From Bosea sp. 67-29 (lineage in GTDB: Bacteria; Pseudomonadota; Alphaproteobacteria; Rhizobiales; Beijerinckiaceae), in the NCBI RefSeq assembly GCF_001898115.1, contig NZ_MKSQ01000015.1:6274-70273 (forward strand): a stretch of 64,000 nt of DNA, written 5' to 3'. The translations under genes and the position numbers were made by a program. Within the stretch, counting starts at the first letter, position 1, and every line of letters begins with the position of its first letter. Below, piece after piece: positions 1 through 10,580 of this stretch. The notes beneath the pieces were generated by a model. That model was not told where the DNA came from. It saw nothing but the letters and a program-made list of their open reading frames with translations, and did no database searches.

Positions 1-1
1 C

Positions 2-712
2 GCCTTCGGCTCGCTGGCCCAGATGATGACGGCATCGCCCTATGCCCGTTTCTTCGAGGCCAGTGGCGGGGGCATCCCGCAGGGTGCCCAGATGGCCGGC
101 AACGACGTGCTGAGCCAGATCTTCGGCTCGAACGAGGTTAGCCGGGCGATCGCGGCGCAGGCGGCGGCGACGAGCGGCGTCAACCAGGCCATCCTCAAGC
201 AGATGCTGCCGGTGATCGCCTCGATCCTGATGGGCGGCCTGTTCAAGTCGACCAGCAGCGAAGGCCTCGGCGGGCTGCTCGGCCAGTTCGCCGAGATGAT
301 GCGCGGCCAGATGCCCGGCATGCAGCCCGCGCCCCAGCCTCAGCCGATGCCGGCCAACCCGATGGACGCGATCCTGCGCGGCATGTTCGGACAGGGCGCG
401 GGCCAGGCGCAGCCTCCGGGCAGCTCGACCGGCCCGGCTGCCGACCCTTTCGGCGGGATGCTGGGGCAGATCCTCGGCGGCATGTTCGGCGGCGCGGCTG
501 CCGGCTCCGAGCCCGCTCCGCAACCGCAGCCGCGTCGCGCGCCGGCACCGGAGCCGGACGAGCCGCCGCCGTCCTCCGCCAGCGGACCCGGCTCGATCGG
601 CCTCGATGCGCTGAACCAGATGTTCGAGCACGGCCGGCAGATCCAGGACGATCACCAGAACGCGCTGAAATCCATCCTCGACGCCATGCTCGGCGGCGGC
701 CAGCGCCGCTGA
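2..712 (+). CDS. DUF937 (YidB-like) domain protein, 5' partial
   Basis: Frame is open from the window start; contains DVLSQIFGS..AIAAQAAATSGVNQAILKQMLPVIASILMGGLFK, typical of DUF937, then a Gly/Pro/Gln-rich tail. Confidence 0.7.
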   Translation, partial: AFGSLAQMMTASPYARFFEASGGGIPQGAQMAGNDVLSQIFGSNEVSRAIAAQAAATSGVNQAILKQMLPVIASILMGGLFKSTSSEGLGGLLGQFAEMMRGQMPGMQPAPQPQPMPANPMDAILRGMFGQGAGQAQPPGSSTGPAADPFGGMLGQILGGMFGGAAAGSEPAPQPQPRRAPAPEPDEPPPSSASGPGSIGLDALNQMFEHGRQIQDDHQNALKSILDAMLGGGQRR

Positions 713-748
713 ACGGAAGCGCGGGACGCAAGCGGCCCGCGGCCCGGC

Positions 749-2644
749 TCAGGCGTGCCGGCGCTGCGACCAGTCCTGCTCCGCCAGCGCCATGGTCGCG
801 GCCATGGCCTGCAGCTCCGCCGCGTCGTCGCGGGTGCGGAAGCTGGCGACGAGCTCGTTGAGGCGCTGGATCTGGCCGGCGAGCGCTGTCGCCGAAGCCG
901 CGCTCTGCTCGGCCAGCGCCGCATTCTGTTGGGTCATCTCGTCCATATGGGCCACGGCCTGGCTCATCTCGTCGATGCCGTTCGACTGCTCGGCGGCGGC
1001 GGACGAAATGTCCGAGACGGTGGCGGAGACCTTCTGGGACGCCTCGACGATCCGCTCCAGGGCCGAGCCGGCCGAGCGCACGAGGCCCACACCCTGCGCG
1101 ACCTCGGCGCCGGATTCGGTGATCAGCGCGGTGATGCCCTTGGCGGCCTCGCCCGAGCGCTGGGCGAGCGTGCGGACCTCGGAGGCCACCACGGCAAAGC
1201 CGCGGCCGGCATCGCCGGCGCGGGCGGCTTCGACGGCCGCGTTGAGCGCCAGCAGATTGGTCTGGAAGGCGATCTCGTCGATCACCGTGGTGATGTCGGA
1301 GATCTTCTGGGAGGCAGCCTCGATCCGCGCCATGGCGTCGACGGCGTCCTTGACGATCGCCCCGCCCTTGCGCGCCACCTCCATGGCCTCGTCGGCCAGC
1401 GCGACCGCCTGCATCGAGGCATGGGCGGAAGCCTTCACCGAGGCCGCGAGCTGCTCCGTCGTCGCCGCCGTCTCCTCCAGCGAGGACGCCTGCTCCTCGG
1501 TGCGCTTGGAGAGATCGTCGGCACCGGTGTTGATCTCATGGGCGGCGTTGCCGACGTCGCCGGATGTCGACTGGATCGTGCGGATCGTCTCCGAGAGATG
1601 CGCCACGGCCATGTTGAAGTCGTCGCGCAGCTTGGCGTATTCGACGGCGAGCTCGGCCTCGATGCGGCAGGTCAGGTCGCCACGCGAGAGGCGATCGAGC
1701 CCCTCGCCGAGCGCTTCCATGACCTTGAGCTGCTCGGCCGCCAGCATCTCCTGCTCGCGGGCGCGGGCGGCGCGTTCCTGCTCCGCCAGGCGGCGCTGCG
1801 CCTCGGTCGCCTCGCGCCCTTCGGCGGTCTCGGCCTCGAGGCGGCGCACGGCCTGGCCGTTCTCCTTGAAGACCTGGACAGCCCGCGCCATCGCGCCGAT
1901 CTCGTCGCGGCGCCCCTGCCCCTCGATCTCGACCGCATAATCGCCGGCCGCCAGATCGTCCATGCGCGCCTTCAGCATGTCGAGCGGCCGGGTGATCGAG
2001 CGGCGCGCGAGCAGCATCGCGCCGATCAGGCCGAGGAGCACGCCGGCGCAGGACAAGACCAGCAGCACGAGGTCGAGGCGCTTGGCCTCGGCATCGAGCG
2101 CCAGCCCGTCGGACTGGGTCTGGCTCTTGATCTCGCCATTGAGCTTGACCGCGTCGGCGACGATCGCGGCAAAGGCACGGTCGAGCTCGGACATCACCGA
2201 GAGGGCCGGCAGATCCTCGTCGCGCGAGGCCTGGGACAGAACGTCGTCGATCTTCGGCTTCAGTTCCGAGATCGCCCGCGAGAGCTTGTCGAACTCGGCA
2301 TGGCGCTCGGGAAAGCTGATCTTGGCGTTGACCAGCTGCTGGAGCGCGAGATCGTAGCCCTTGCGTGCGTCCGCGATGCTCGTCGCGTTCTGCTTCATGT
2401 ATTCGGGATAGGCGATCGCCTTGTAGAGATCGCGCAGCACATAGCTCGTGACCAGCGTCGCCTGGGCCGAATCCAGAATCGCGCCGGAGCGCTGGTCGAT
2501 CAGATCGGAATAGGTCTTCTGGATCCGGGCATATTCATGCCCGGCATAGATCGCAGTCCCGATGCTGATGATGCCGATCGCGATCAGCGGAATGGCGATC
2601 TTGGTGCGGATCCGCAGATCCGCAAGGCGCAGAGAAAACGTCAT
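749..2644 (-). CDS. Methyl-accepting chemotaxis protein (TM-periplasmic sensor-TM-HAMP-MA)
   Basis: Two TM segments, HAMP ([12 protein letters not shown]) and signalling hairpin [34 protein letters not shown]. Confidence 0.95.
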   Translation of the reverse strand: MTFSLRLADLRIRTKIAIPLIAIGIISIGTAIYAGHEYARIQKTYSDLIDQRSGAILDSAQATLVTSYVLRDLYKAIAYPEYMKQNATSIADARKGYDLALQQLVNAKISFPERHAEFDKLSRAISELKPKIDDVLSQASRDEDLPALSVMSELDRAFAAIVADAVKLNGEIKSQTQSDGLALDAEAKRLDLVLLVLSCAGVLLGLIGAMLLARRSITRPLDMLKARMDDLAAGDYAVEIEGQGRRDEIGAMARAVQVFKENGQAVRRLEAETAEGREATEAQRRLAEQERAARAREQEMLAAEQLKVMEALGEGLDRLSRGDLTCRIEAELAVEYAKLRDDFNMAVAHLSETIRTIQSTSGDVGNAAHEINTGADDLSKRTEEQASSLEETAATTEQLAASVKASAHASMQAVALADEAMEVARKGGAIVKDAVDAMARIEAASQKISDITTVIDEIAFQTNLLALNAAVEAARAGDAGRGFAVVASEVRTLAQRSGEAAKGITALITESGAEVAQGVGLVRSAGSALERIVEASQKVSATVSDISSAAAEQSNGIDEMSQAVAHMDEMTQQNAALAEQSAASATALAGQIQRLNELVASFRTRDDAAELQAMAATMALAEQDWSQRRHA

Positions 2645-2750
2645 GCCCGAGCCCGTCCATGCGGCGGCCGGCCGGCCGCACCCCGCGGGCAGAGTTCAGG
2701 CAAAAGCATAAAAATGCGTTAGACGCGGCAAGAATCCCGTCAGCGCCCAT

Positions 2751-2781
2751 AAAAAAGGGCGGAAGCACGAAGCTCCCGCCC
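2751..2781 (-). terminator. Intrinsic terminator of the DUF1127 gene
   Basis: Minus strand GGGCGGGAGC-TTCGT-GCTTCCGCCC followed by TTTTTT. Confidence 0.75.
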
Positions 2782-2803
2782 GTAGGAACGCCGCGCCAAG
2801 GGG

Positions 2804-3178
2804 TCAGGCGCAGCGTGCAACCATGAAATCGTCCTGTCGCTCCAGCACCGGCTCCGGCGCAGCCGGCCGAGCGGCGGCATGGCGGGCAGCGTGCTCGCGC
2901 CGCGCCTGGGCGACGTCGTTGAGCGAGCGGGACCGCGAGGCCAGCACCGCCGAAGGATCCTTGAGCCAGGAGGTCGCGAGGGCGCCTGCGACATCGGAAC
3001 GGACGAGGCCGATATCCTTGAGGCCGCGCTCGTCGAGCTCGGCGAGGCGCATCACCTCGCGGCGATGGATGAGCGCCCGCACCAGCGTCACGGGCAGTCG
3101 GATTCCGGCGGTGGCGACGCGCACGATACCGCCCGGAACGGACGAGAACGACTTCGTGGCAATGGTCATGAGCAGCAT
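2804..3178 (-). CDS. DUF1127 domain protein
   Basis: HRREVMRLAELDERGLKDIGLVRSD motif; GGAGG 5 nt before the ATG at 3178. Confidence 0.85.
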   Translation of the reverse strand: MLLMTIATKSFSSVPGGIVRVATAGIRLPVTLVRALIHRREVMRLAELDERGLKDIGLVRSDVAGALATSWLKDPSAVLASRSRSLNDVAQARREHAARHAAARPAAPEPVLERQDDFMVARCA

Positions 3179-3352
3179 GACGGCCTCCCAAACGGAATGA
3201 GAACGGATCGATGCCCCCCTCAGCCCGGACGCACCAATTGGCCGAAATCCCGGGGAACGCAGCCAACATAGCGAGAGGCTGGTCATCAGCCAAACGAATG
3301 GTTATGATGCCTGACAACACGGATATTGATGAACTATCCGACGGGGATCGCC

Positions 3353-4234
3353 ATGGCCCATGTGCTCGACGCCGATCAGCTGAAGACCTTCGTCGCCATC
3401 GCCGATACCGGCTCGTTCACGCGCGCCGCGGAGATCGTGTTCAAGACGCAATCGGCCGTCTCGATGCAGATGAAGCGGCTCGAGGAGCGCATCGGCCGCC
3501 CGCTGTTCGGCCGCGACGGCCGCCATGCCAAGCTGACCGAGGACGGCGAGCGGCTGCTCGACTATGCGAGGCGCATCGTCAGGCTGAACCTCGAATGCGT
3601 CGCGAGCTTCACCGACGCCGATCTCAAGGGGCGCATCCGGCTCGGCGTGCCGGACGACTATGCCGACCGCTACCTGCCCGAGATCCTCGCCCGCTTCGCC
3701 CATTCGAACCCGCGGGCGGAGGTCACCGTGGTGTGCGAGCCGACGCCGATGCTGGCCGAGCGGATCGCCACCGGCGACATCGACCTGGCGATCATCACCC
3801 ATGTCGAAAGCCGCGGACAGGGCGAGATCATCCGGATCGAGCCGCTGCTCTGGGTCACCTCGGCGCGCCATGCCGTCCACGAGGAGGACCCGCTGCCGCT
3901 GGCGCTCGGGCGGCCGACCTGCAACTGGCGGCAGGCCGCGGTCGATGCGCTGGAGGCCAAGAGCCGCCGCTTCCGCGTGCTCTACGCGAGCTGGAACTCG
4001 ACCGCCGTGGGCGCCGCGGTGGTGGCGGGGCTCGCCGTCTCGGTGCTGCCGGAGAGCGCGGTCAGGCCGGGAATGCGCATCCTGGGGCCGTCGGAAGGCT
4101 TCGCGACCTTGCCATCCTGCAAGATCGGGCTGCTGCGCACGCGCTTCGATCCTTCGGTGCTCTCCAACGCCCTGGCCGAGCACATCATCCAGAGCCTCGA
4201 CAACCTGGCGAGCTTCAAGACCGCGGCGGAGTAG
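3353..4234 (+). CDS. LysR family transcriptional regulator
   Basis: N-terminal HTH LKTFVAIADTGSFTRAAEIVFKTQSAVSMQMKRLE plus substrate-binding domain; divergent from DUF1127. Confidence 0.95.
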   Translation: MAHVLDADQLKTFVAIADTGSFTRAAEIVFKTQSAVSMQMKRLEERIGRPLFGRDGRHAKLTEDGERLLDYARRIVRLNLECVASFTDADLKGRIRLGVPDDYADRYLPEILARFAHSNPRAEVTVVCEPTPMLAERIATGDIDLAIITHVESRGQGEIIRIEPLLWVTSARHAVHEEDPLPLALGRPTCNWRQAAVDALEAKSRRFRVLYASWNSTAVGAAVVAGLAVSVLPESAVRPGMRILGPSEGFATLPSCKIGLLRTRFDPSVLSNALAEHIIQSLDNLASFKTAAE

Positions 4235-4295
4235 CGAGGCGTCATTCTCGGGGGAGGAACGGGCAGCCGATGGCGGGCCTGGCCGCGCTCGTGCC

Positions 4296-4472
4296 TCAGG
4301 GGCCGAAGCCCGCCGCCATCGATTGGAAGAAGCGGGTCACCGACTGGCCGATCAGTGTCGCGCTGGCGATGATCGTCAGCGAGATCAGGCTGACGATGAA
4401 GCCATACTCGATCATCGTCGCGCCACGCTCGTCGCGACGAAAGGCCTCAAAGCTGATGACGATCCGCTCCAT
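4296..4472 (-). CDS. Flp family type IVb pilin (58 aa), not in ORF track
   Basis: Translates MERIVISFEAFRRDERG-ATMIEYGFIVSLISLTIIASATLIGQSVTRFFQSMAAGFGP; G/xxxxEY prepilin motif followed by a hydrophobic helix. Confidence 0.9.
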   Translation of the reverse strand: MERIVISFEAFRRDERGATMIEYGFIVSLISLTIIASATLIGQSVTRFFQSMAAGFGP

Positions 4473-4561
4473 GCCGCCAGTTTAGGCGTCAAGCTGCAGC
4501 CAAATCGTTAATCCATCCGCTGCAATGCGTCGGATGTCGCGTTTTTCCGGGGAGCAGCCGC

Positions 4562-5941
4562 CTAGAGGGCCAGTTCCGCCAAAACCGGCTCGACCCGGCC
4601 GCCCCAGGGGCCGCGATAGCGGGCTTCCAGGCGCTGGGCCAGCGTTTCCTTGCGCGCCACGATGTCCTCGAGCGGAGCAAGGTGGAGACTCTCGTCCCGG
4701 CCGGCGGCATCGCGACGGGCGCGGCGCGCGAGACCGGCGCGGGACAGTTCCAGCACCTCGGACGCGATCTCGGCCAGGCTGCGACCGGCGACCGTCGCCT
4801 GGAGGCCCTGCCTGGGCACGGCATCGCGCAGCGCCTGCCGCTCCGCGGCGCTCCAGCCCTTGACCAGATCCCAGGCGGCGTCGAGCGCGCCGCGATCATA
4901 GAGCAGCCCGACCCAGAAGGCCGGCAGCGCGGTCAGCATCTCGGCCGGCCCGGCATCGGCGCCGCGCATCTCCAGGAAGCGCTTCAGCCGCACCTCCGGG
5001 AACAGGGTCGAGAGGTGATTGGCCCAGTCCGACATCGTCGCGCGCTCGCCCGGCAACTGCGTCAGCCGGCCCGCCAGCAGGTCCCGGAAGGAAGCGCCGG
5101 CGACGTCATGGTAGGTCTCGCCGCGCTTGACGAAATACATCGGCACGTCGAGCGCCCAGTCGACATAGGCCTCGTAGGACATGCCCTCGTCGAAGGCGAA
5201 GGCGAGCATGCCCGAGCGGTCGTTGTCGGTATGGCGCCAGATTTCCGAGCGGAGCGACTGGAAGCCGTTGAGCTTGCGCTCCAGGAAGGGCGAGGTGGCG
5301 AAGAGCGCGGTGGCGACGGGCTGCAGCGCCAGCGAGACCCGCAGCTTGCGGACCATGTCGGCCTCGCTGGAAAAATCGAGATTGACCTGCACCGTGCAGG
5401 TCCGGAACATCATGTCGAGCCCCATCGTGCCGACCTTCGGCATGTAGTTCGCCATGATCCTGTAGCGGCCCTTGGGCATGACCGGCGTCTCGGCGCGGGT
5501 CCAGAGCGGCGAGGCGCCGAGCGCAGCGAAGCCGATGCCGTGCGGCTCGGCCACGGCCTTGACGTCGGCGAGATGCACCGCGAGCTCGGCCTGGGTCTGG
5601 TGGACGTCTTCCAGCGGCGCGCCGGACAGCTCGAACTGACCGCCCGGCTCCAGCGAGATCGCGCCACCGCCATCAGGTCCGGCGAGGCCGATGATGTGAC
5701 CGGCATCGATGATCGGCTCCCAACCGAGCCGCTGCTGCATGCCTTCGAGCAGAGCGCGGATTCCGCCTGCGCCGGAGCGCCCTTCGTAGGGCACCGGCGC
5801 AAGATCCTGACGGTAGAACGGAAACTTCTCGTGCTCCGTCCCGATCCTGAAGCGCGCCTCGGGTTTCTCTCCGGCGGCGATCCAGGAAACCAGCTCCTCC
5901 TTGGAGCCGATCGGGGTCGAGTCGGTGACATCGCGAGCCAT
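4562..5941 (-). CDS. gshA: Glutamate--cysteine ligase (GCS2 type)
   Basis: RIGTEHEKF, SLEPGGQFELSG, TCTVQVNLD, TLFPEVRLKRFLEMRGAD; start MARDVTDS. Confidence 0.93.
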   Translation of the reverse strand: MARDVTDSTPIGSKEELVSWIAAGEKPEARFRIGTEHEKFPFYRQDLAPVPYEGRSGAGGIRALLEGMQQRLGWEPIIDAGHIIGLAGPDGGGAISLEPGGQFELSGAPLEDVHQTQAELAVHLADVKAVAEPHGIGFAALGASPLWTRAETPVMPKGRYRIMANYMPKVGTMGLDMMFRTCTVQVNLDFSSEADMVRKLRVSLALQPVATALFATSPFLERKLNGFQSLRSEIWRHTDNDRSGMLAFAFDEGMSYEAYVDWALDVPMYFVKRGETYHDVAGASFRDLLAGRLTQLPGERATMSDWANHLSTLFPEVRLKRFLEMRGADAGPAEMLTALPAFWVGLLYDRGALDAAWDLVKGWSAAERQALRDAVPRQGLQATVAGRSLAEIASEVLELSRAGLARRARRDAAGRDESLHLAPLEDIVARKETLAQRLEARYRGPWGGRVEPVLAELAL

Positions 5942-6112
5942 GGGCGCTCCGGCAGAACAGGCAACAGGGCCTAGCCTCCCGGCGGCCATCGGCTGCGGGT
6001 TCAAGGCGTGGGGACGACAGACATAGGCGAGAGCCCGAGCCGCGACAACGACCCGGACCTTGCATTCTTGAAAGGTCGCCAAGCGCTGGCGACAGGTCCG
6101 GACGGGATGCGC

Positions 6113-6859
6113 TCAGCCGCCTGCCCAATCGCCGAGCACGGCCTGCACGACCGCCAGCGCGGCAACCGCCGCCGTGTCGGCGCGCAGGATGCGCGGCCCC
6201 AGCGAGATCGCCAGCGTGTTCGGCCGGGCAGCGATCAGGCGCCGCTCGCCCTCCTCGAAGCCGCCTTCCGGTCCGATCAGCACCGCAAGCGGCGCCGGCC
6301 CGCAGGCCTGCAACGCCGTCATCGGGCTGCCCTGCTCCAGCCCCTCGTCGCAGAAGATCAGGAGGCGCCCGGGCTCCAGCGCCGCGAGGGCCGCATCGAG
6401 AGGCTTCTCGGCCGCGATCTGCGGCAGGCCGAGGATGCCGCATTGCTCGGCAGCCTCGATCGCGTTCGCCCGCATCCGGTCGAGGTTGAGCCGCGAGACC
6501 TGGGTCCGCCGGGTGAGGACGGGCTGAAGCGTGCCGGCGCCCATCTCGACGGCCTTCTGCACCATGTAGTCCAGCCGCGCATGCTTCAGCGGCGCGAAGA
6601 GATAATGCAGATCGGCCGGGGAAGGCTGCGGCCTGACCTGACGCTCGAGATCGAGCCGCGCCTGCTTGCGACCCTCCGGCGCCAGGCGCGCCAGCCATTC
6701 GCCGTCGCGCCCGTTGAAGACGAGGACGGCATCGCCGGGCCTCAGGCGCAGCACGTTGAGCAGATAGTTCGACTGGTCGCGCTCCAGCGGCAGCCCGCCA
6801 TCCTGCGCGAAGGCGGCGTCGACGAACAGGCGATGGCGCGCGAAATCGGGGGTGGACAT
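6113..6859 (-). CDS. rsmE: 16S rRNA m3U1498 methyltransferase
   Basis: QKAVEMG, EAAEQCG, IGPEGGF, LGPRILRADTA SPOUT motifs. Confidence 0.95.
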   Translation of the reverse strand: MSTPDFARHRLFVDAAFAQDGGLPLERDQSNYLLNVLRLRPGDAVLVFNGRDGEWLARLAPEGRKQARLDLERQVRPQPSPADLHYLFAPLKHARLDYMVQKAVEMGAGTLQPVLTRRTQVSRLNLDRMRANAIEAAEQCGILGLPQIAAEKPLDAALAALEPGRLLIFCDEGLEQGSPMTALQACGPAPLAVLIGPEGGFEEGERRLIAARPNTLAISLGPRILRADTAAVAALAVVQAVLGDWAGG

Positions 6860-7051
6860 CGGCTCGACCGCCTCCTTCATCAAGAAATCTGTTGAGAGCG
6901 GCGCGAAAACCGCCACATTCCTCGCCTAACGGCAAGGGCCTCCTTGAAGATGACAGGCGAACTCGCAAGAGTCGTTGGCGTCGGCGACGCCTGCTGTTAA
7001 GGACATGGACAAGGCTCGGCCGGAGGCGGCCGGCAACCGGAGAAGGGAATC

Positions 7052-7531
7052 ATGCGGCTCAGGACGGCTTCGGGATTGGCAGCGACGCTCGGCTTCGCCA
7101 TGGCCTCGCTCTTGATCGCCTCACCGGCCAGCGCGCAGGTCTCGGGCTGCGAGCCGCTGCAGAAGCTGCTGACGACGCGGCAGTCGATGGTGGCGAAGAT
7201 CACCGCCGCGCAGAAGGCCAAGCGCAAGATGACGCCGCAGGAGGCCTGCAGCACCTTCGGCACGCTGGTGAACAACGGCAACGAGACGATCAAATTCGCC
7301 AACGCCAACAAGGACTGGTGCCAGATCCCGGTCTCGTTCATCGACGGACTCAAGGCCGACAACGCGCGGATCGCGACTTTCCGCGGCCAGGCCTGCAACG
7401 CCGTGAAGCAGCAGGCCGCGATGCAGCGCCGCGCCCAGCAGCAGGCGCAGAGCGCCAACCCCTTCGCGGGCGCGGATTCGATCACCGGCGGCGCCGGTGG
7501 CGGGATGAAGGTTCCGCGCGGCGCCCTCTAA
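7052..7531 (+). CDS. Hypothetical exported protein with four Cys
   Basis: AGGGA RBS; signal-peptide-like N-terminus ending PASA-Q; GC3-biased codons. Confidence 0.75.
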   Translation: MRLRTASGLAATLGFAMASLLIASPASAQVSGCEPLQKLLTTRQSMVAKITAAQKAKRKMTPQEACSTFGTLVNNGNETIKFANANKDWCQIPVSFIDGLKADNARIATFRGQACNAVKQQAAMQRRAQQQAQSANPFAGADSITGGAGGGMKVPRGAL

Positions 7532-7549
7532 GCCGGGGAAGCGCCGGCG

Positions 7550-8518
7550 ATGTCTGACCCCATCCATGCCGGCCCTGCTCCAGGGGCAGACGCCCCCCTC
7601 CCCGACGCGCTCAGCGGCCATTGGGTCGACAGGCGGGCGCCGCAGGCGACGCGCCCCTTCCTGAAGCTCGCACGGATCGAGCGCCCGATCGGGTGGTGGC
7701 TGCTGCTGCTGCCGTGCTGGTGGTCGGCGGGCCTCGCGGCGATCGCGGCGGGCCGGCCCTATCCCGACCCCTGGCACTGCCTGCTGTTCCTGATCGGCGC
7801 CGTGCTGATGCGGGGAGCCGGCTGCACCTTCAACGACATCATCGACCGCAAGCTCGACGCCGAGGTCGCGCGCACGCGCGGGCGTCCCTTGCCGTCGGGC
7901 CAGGTCACCGCCCGGGCAGCCGCTTTTTTCATGGTCGGCCTCTCGCTCGCGGGCCTCGCCGTGCTGCTGCAGTTCAACCGCTTCACGGTGCTTCTCGGCA
8001 TCGCCTCGCTCGGGATCGTGGCGATCTATCCGTTCATGAAGCGGATCACCAACATGCCGCAATTCGTGCTCGGCCTCGCCTTCTCCTGGGGGGCGCTGCT
8101 CGGCTGGAGCGCGGTCTTCGGCCGGCTCGACGCCCCGGCCTATCTCGCTTACGCCGCCGCGATCGCCTGGACGGTGGGTTACGACACGATCTACGCGATG
8201 CAGGACATCGAGGACGACGTCATCGCGGGCATCAAATCGAGCGCGCGCTATTTCGGCGACCATACCCGCGAGGCGGTGGCGCTCTGCTTCGCACTCGCGG
8301 CGCTGTTCAGCGCAAGCGCGATCTGGCTGGTCGGCGGAGGCGTCTTCGCCTGGCTCGGCTTCGCCGCCTTCGCAACCCATCTCGGCTGGCAGGTCTCGCG
8401 GATCGAGGGCGCGAGCGCGGCCGAGGCCCTGAGGCTGTTCCGGTCGAACGAATATGCCGGGCTGCTGCTGGCAGGCGGGCTCGCGCTCGATACGATCGCC
8501 CGCGGCCTCTTCGCCTAG
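7550..8518 (+). CDS. ubiA: 4-hydroxybenzoate polyprenyltransferase
   Basis: RGAGCTFNDIIDRKLD..V.RT..RP and YDTIYAMQDIEDD aspartate-rich motifs. Confidence 0.95.
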   Translation: MSDPIHAGPAPGADAPLPDALSGHWVDRRAPQATRPFLKLARIERPIGWWLLLLPCWWSAGLAAIAAGRPYPDPWHCLLFLIGAVLMRGAGCTFNDIIDRKLDAEVARTRGRPLPSGQVTARAAAFFMVGLSLAGLAVLLQFNRFTVLLGIASLGIVAIYPFMKRITNMPQFVLGLAFSWGALLGWSAVFGRLDAPAYLAYAAAIAWTVGYDTIYAMQDIEDDVIAGIKSSARYFGDHTREAVALCFALAALFSASAIWLVGGGVFAWLGFAAFATHLGWQVSRIEGASAAEALRLFRSNEYAGLLLAGGLALDTIARGLFA

Positions 8519-9036
8519 TCGACCAGCCGCTCGCTGGCGACGACGACCGGCAGGTCGGCCAGACGGCCCGGCTTGCGGCGGGTCAGGAAGCGCGGCCGGC
8601 GCCCGTTCAGGAAGGCGTGGCGACGGCGGATCCGCACCGGGCCGAGCGCGACCCGGCCGATCTGCGGAAACGGCTCGGTGACCCTGCCATCGACCGATTC
8701 GAGCAGGAGCGGCAGCCCGCTGCGGCGACCGAAGTCCCGCCAGAGGGCGACCGCATCCGCCTGGTCGGCGCTGGCGACGACGATCGAACGGCCATCTCCC
8801 GCGGTCAGAGCCAGCTCGAAGCGCTCGTCATCGCCGGTCGGGTTGGCGAGCCGCAGCGCGACCCCGCTCCATCCCGCCGAAGCGCGCAGGATCCGGACGG
8901 AGCCGACGCGCTCGATCCCCGGCGCCGAAGGCTGGCGCGGCATCGGGTTGCGCGGGACGGTCGCTTGTGTGGTCGGCCCGCCGGGGAGATGCGGCGCAAA
9001 ACCGCCCTCCCCGGCGGCCGGCGTGACGCTGGCCAT
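8515..9036 (-). CDS. DUF6101-like protein (start uncertain, 9036 or 9057)
   Basis: C-terminal W..FGRRSGLPLL and RRRHAFLNGRRPRFLTRRKPG recognised as this family; convergent with ubiA. Confidence 0.65.
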   Translation of the reverse strand: MASVTPAAGEGGFAPHLPGGPTTQATVPRNPMPRQPSAPGIERVGSVRILRASAGWSGVALRLANPTGDDERFELALTAGDGRSIVVASADQADAVALWRDFGRRSGLPLLLESVDGRVTEPFPQIGRVALGPVRIRRRHAFLNGRRPRFLTRRKPGRLADLPVVVASERLVD

Positions 9037-9284
9037 CGGTAATAACGCCTCTCTCAAATCCCTGCTGCAACGGAACCCTCTGTCGATGCGGGGTTCTCGT
9101 GCTTGCCAGGCGAAGATGGGCGGCAGGCGTGTCCGAGCGCTTAAAGGGTTCGGTTAAAGGAGCGTGATTCGCGGCCCGGAGGGCTCGTCCTGGCCCCTTT
9201 TCTGCATGATGCTTGACGGAATCTTTCGCTCCGCGAGCGCATTTTCGGCTTGAAACCGTGGCATTCGCATTCGATAGGGAAGCC

Positions 9285-10109
9285 ATGAGCGCATCCACGC
9301 TACCCCTTGCCGCCGACCTGATGAGGGCGGCGAGCGAAAGCTGCCTCGAAGCCGGACGCCTCGCCCTCGATCTGTTCCGACCGGGTGCGCAGACCGCCGC
9401 CCGGACCTGGGCGAAGAGCGGCGGCTCCCCGGTGACGGAAGCCGATATCGGGGTCGACACCTTCCTGCGCGTGCGCCTGTCGGCGCTGCTGCCGGAGGCC
9501 GCCTGGCTTTCGGAGGAGACGGTCGACGATGCGCAGCGGCTGACCCACCGCTTCGTCTGGGTGGTGGACCCGATCGACGGCACGCGAGCCTATATGAGCG
9601 GATCGCCGGATTGGGCGGTCTGCGTCGCATTGCTCGACGAGGGCGCGCCGATCCTGGGTGTCGTGCACGCACCCGCCTGCGACGCGACCTACACCGCCGT
9701 GGCCGGCAGCGGCGCGCGGCGCAACGGCGAGCCGATCCGCACGTCCTCGGTCCGGACGCTGGCCGACGCCAGGATCGCCGGGCCGAAGCCGATGCTCGAC
9801 GCGCTGGCGCGCGTCCAGCCCTTCGAGGCGGTCGGCAAGATTCCCTCGCTCGCCCTGCGGCTGACCCGCATCGCCGATGCGACGATCGATGCCGGGCTGA
9901 TCTCGCCCGACGCGCGCGACTGGGACCTCGCGGCAGCCGACCTCGTCCTGCGCGAGGCGGGCGGGCGGCTGAGCAGCGGCGATGGCGGAGCCGTGACCTA
10001 TAACCGGCCGGCGCCGGTGCACGGCATGCTGGTCGCGAGCGCCGGCGCGCTGGCGACGCCGCTGCTGGAGACGCTTGCGCAGCTGCACGGGCAGCAGCAG
10101 CCGCGTTGA
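9285..10109 (+). CDS. Inositol monophosphatase / CysQ-like phosphatase
   Basis: SPVTEAD, WLSEE, WVVDPIDGTRAY, DWDLAAA motifs. Confidence 0.9.
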   Translation: MSASTLPLAADLMRAASESCLEAGRLALDLFRPGAQTAARTWAKSGGSPVTEADIGVDTFLRVRLSALLPEAAWLSEETVDDAQRLTHRFVWVVDPIDGTRAYMSGSPDWAVCVALLDEGAPILGVVHAPACDATYTAVAGSGARRNGEPIRTSSVRTLADARIAGPKPMLDALARVQPFEAVGKIPSLALRLTRIADATIDAGLISPDARDWDLAAADLVLREAGGRLSSGDGGAVTYNRPAPVHGMLVASAGALATPLLETLAQLHGQQQPR

Positions 10110-10195
10110 ATTTTTAGACCCGAAACCGCGGCTCACGCTCGCGCCCGCGCGCGGGATGGCTTATGGGGGCGCGGGGCATCCTGCTGGAGACTACG

Positions 10196-10438
10196 ATGAG
10201 CGCGGAACCGGATCAGAAGCAGCTTCTTCACCTCGTCTTCGGCGGCGAGCTCGATTCGCTCGACGGCATCACCTTCAAGGATCTGTCGAAGCTCGACATT
10301 GTCGGCGTCTTCCCGAACTACGCCAGCGCCCATATGGCCTGGAAGGCCAAGGCACAGCAGACCGTCGATCAGGCGCAGACGCGCTACTTCATCGTGCATC
10401 TGCACCGCCTGCTCGATCCGGAAACGGCCAAGGGCTAA
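10196..10438 (+). CDS. DUF4170 domain protein
   Basis: QLLHLVFGGEL..DIVGVFPNY..A..AWKAKAQQTVD..RYFIVHLHRLLDP; GGAG RBS. Confidence 0.85.
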   Translation: MSAEPDQKQLLHLVFGGELDSLDGITFKDLSKLDIVGVFPNYASAHMAWKAKAQQTVDQAQTRYFIVHLHRLLDPETAKG

Positions 10439-10580
10439 GCGCCGACCAGCAGGCAGGCACCGCTCCTTTCCGCCTGCCGGCAAGGCGCGAAGCCCTTCGT
10501 GGCGGCCCGCCGATCACATCCTCCCCGAGCGAGACGGCGACCGCCTCGCTCGACACAGCACTGCTCCGGACCGGAGGCAA

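Noticed and set aside
755-2722. 655-aa plus-strand ORF
   Set aside because: Antisense shadow of the MCP; stop-poor frames are expected at this GC content and it has no motifs
9141-9157. TTAA-N9-TTAA upstream of the DUF6101-like gene
   Set aside because: Spacing is 9 rather than the 7 of a CtrA box
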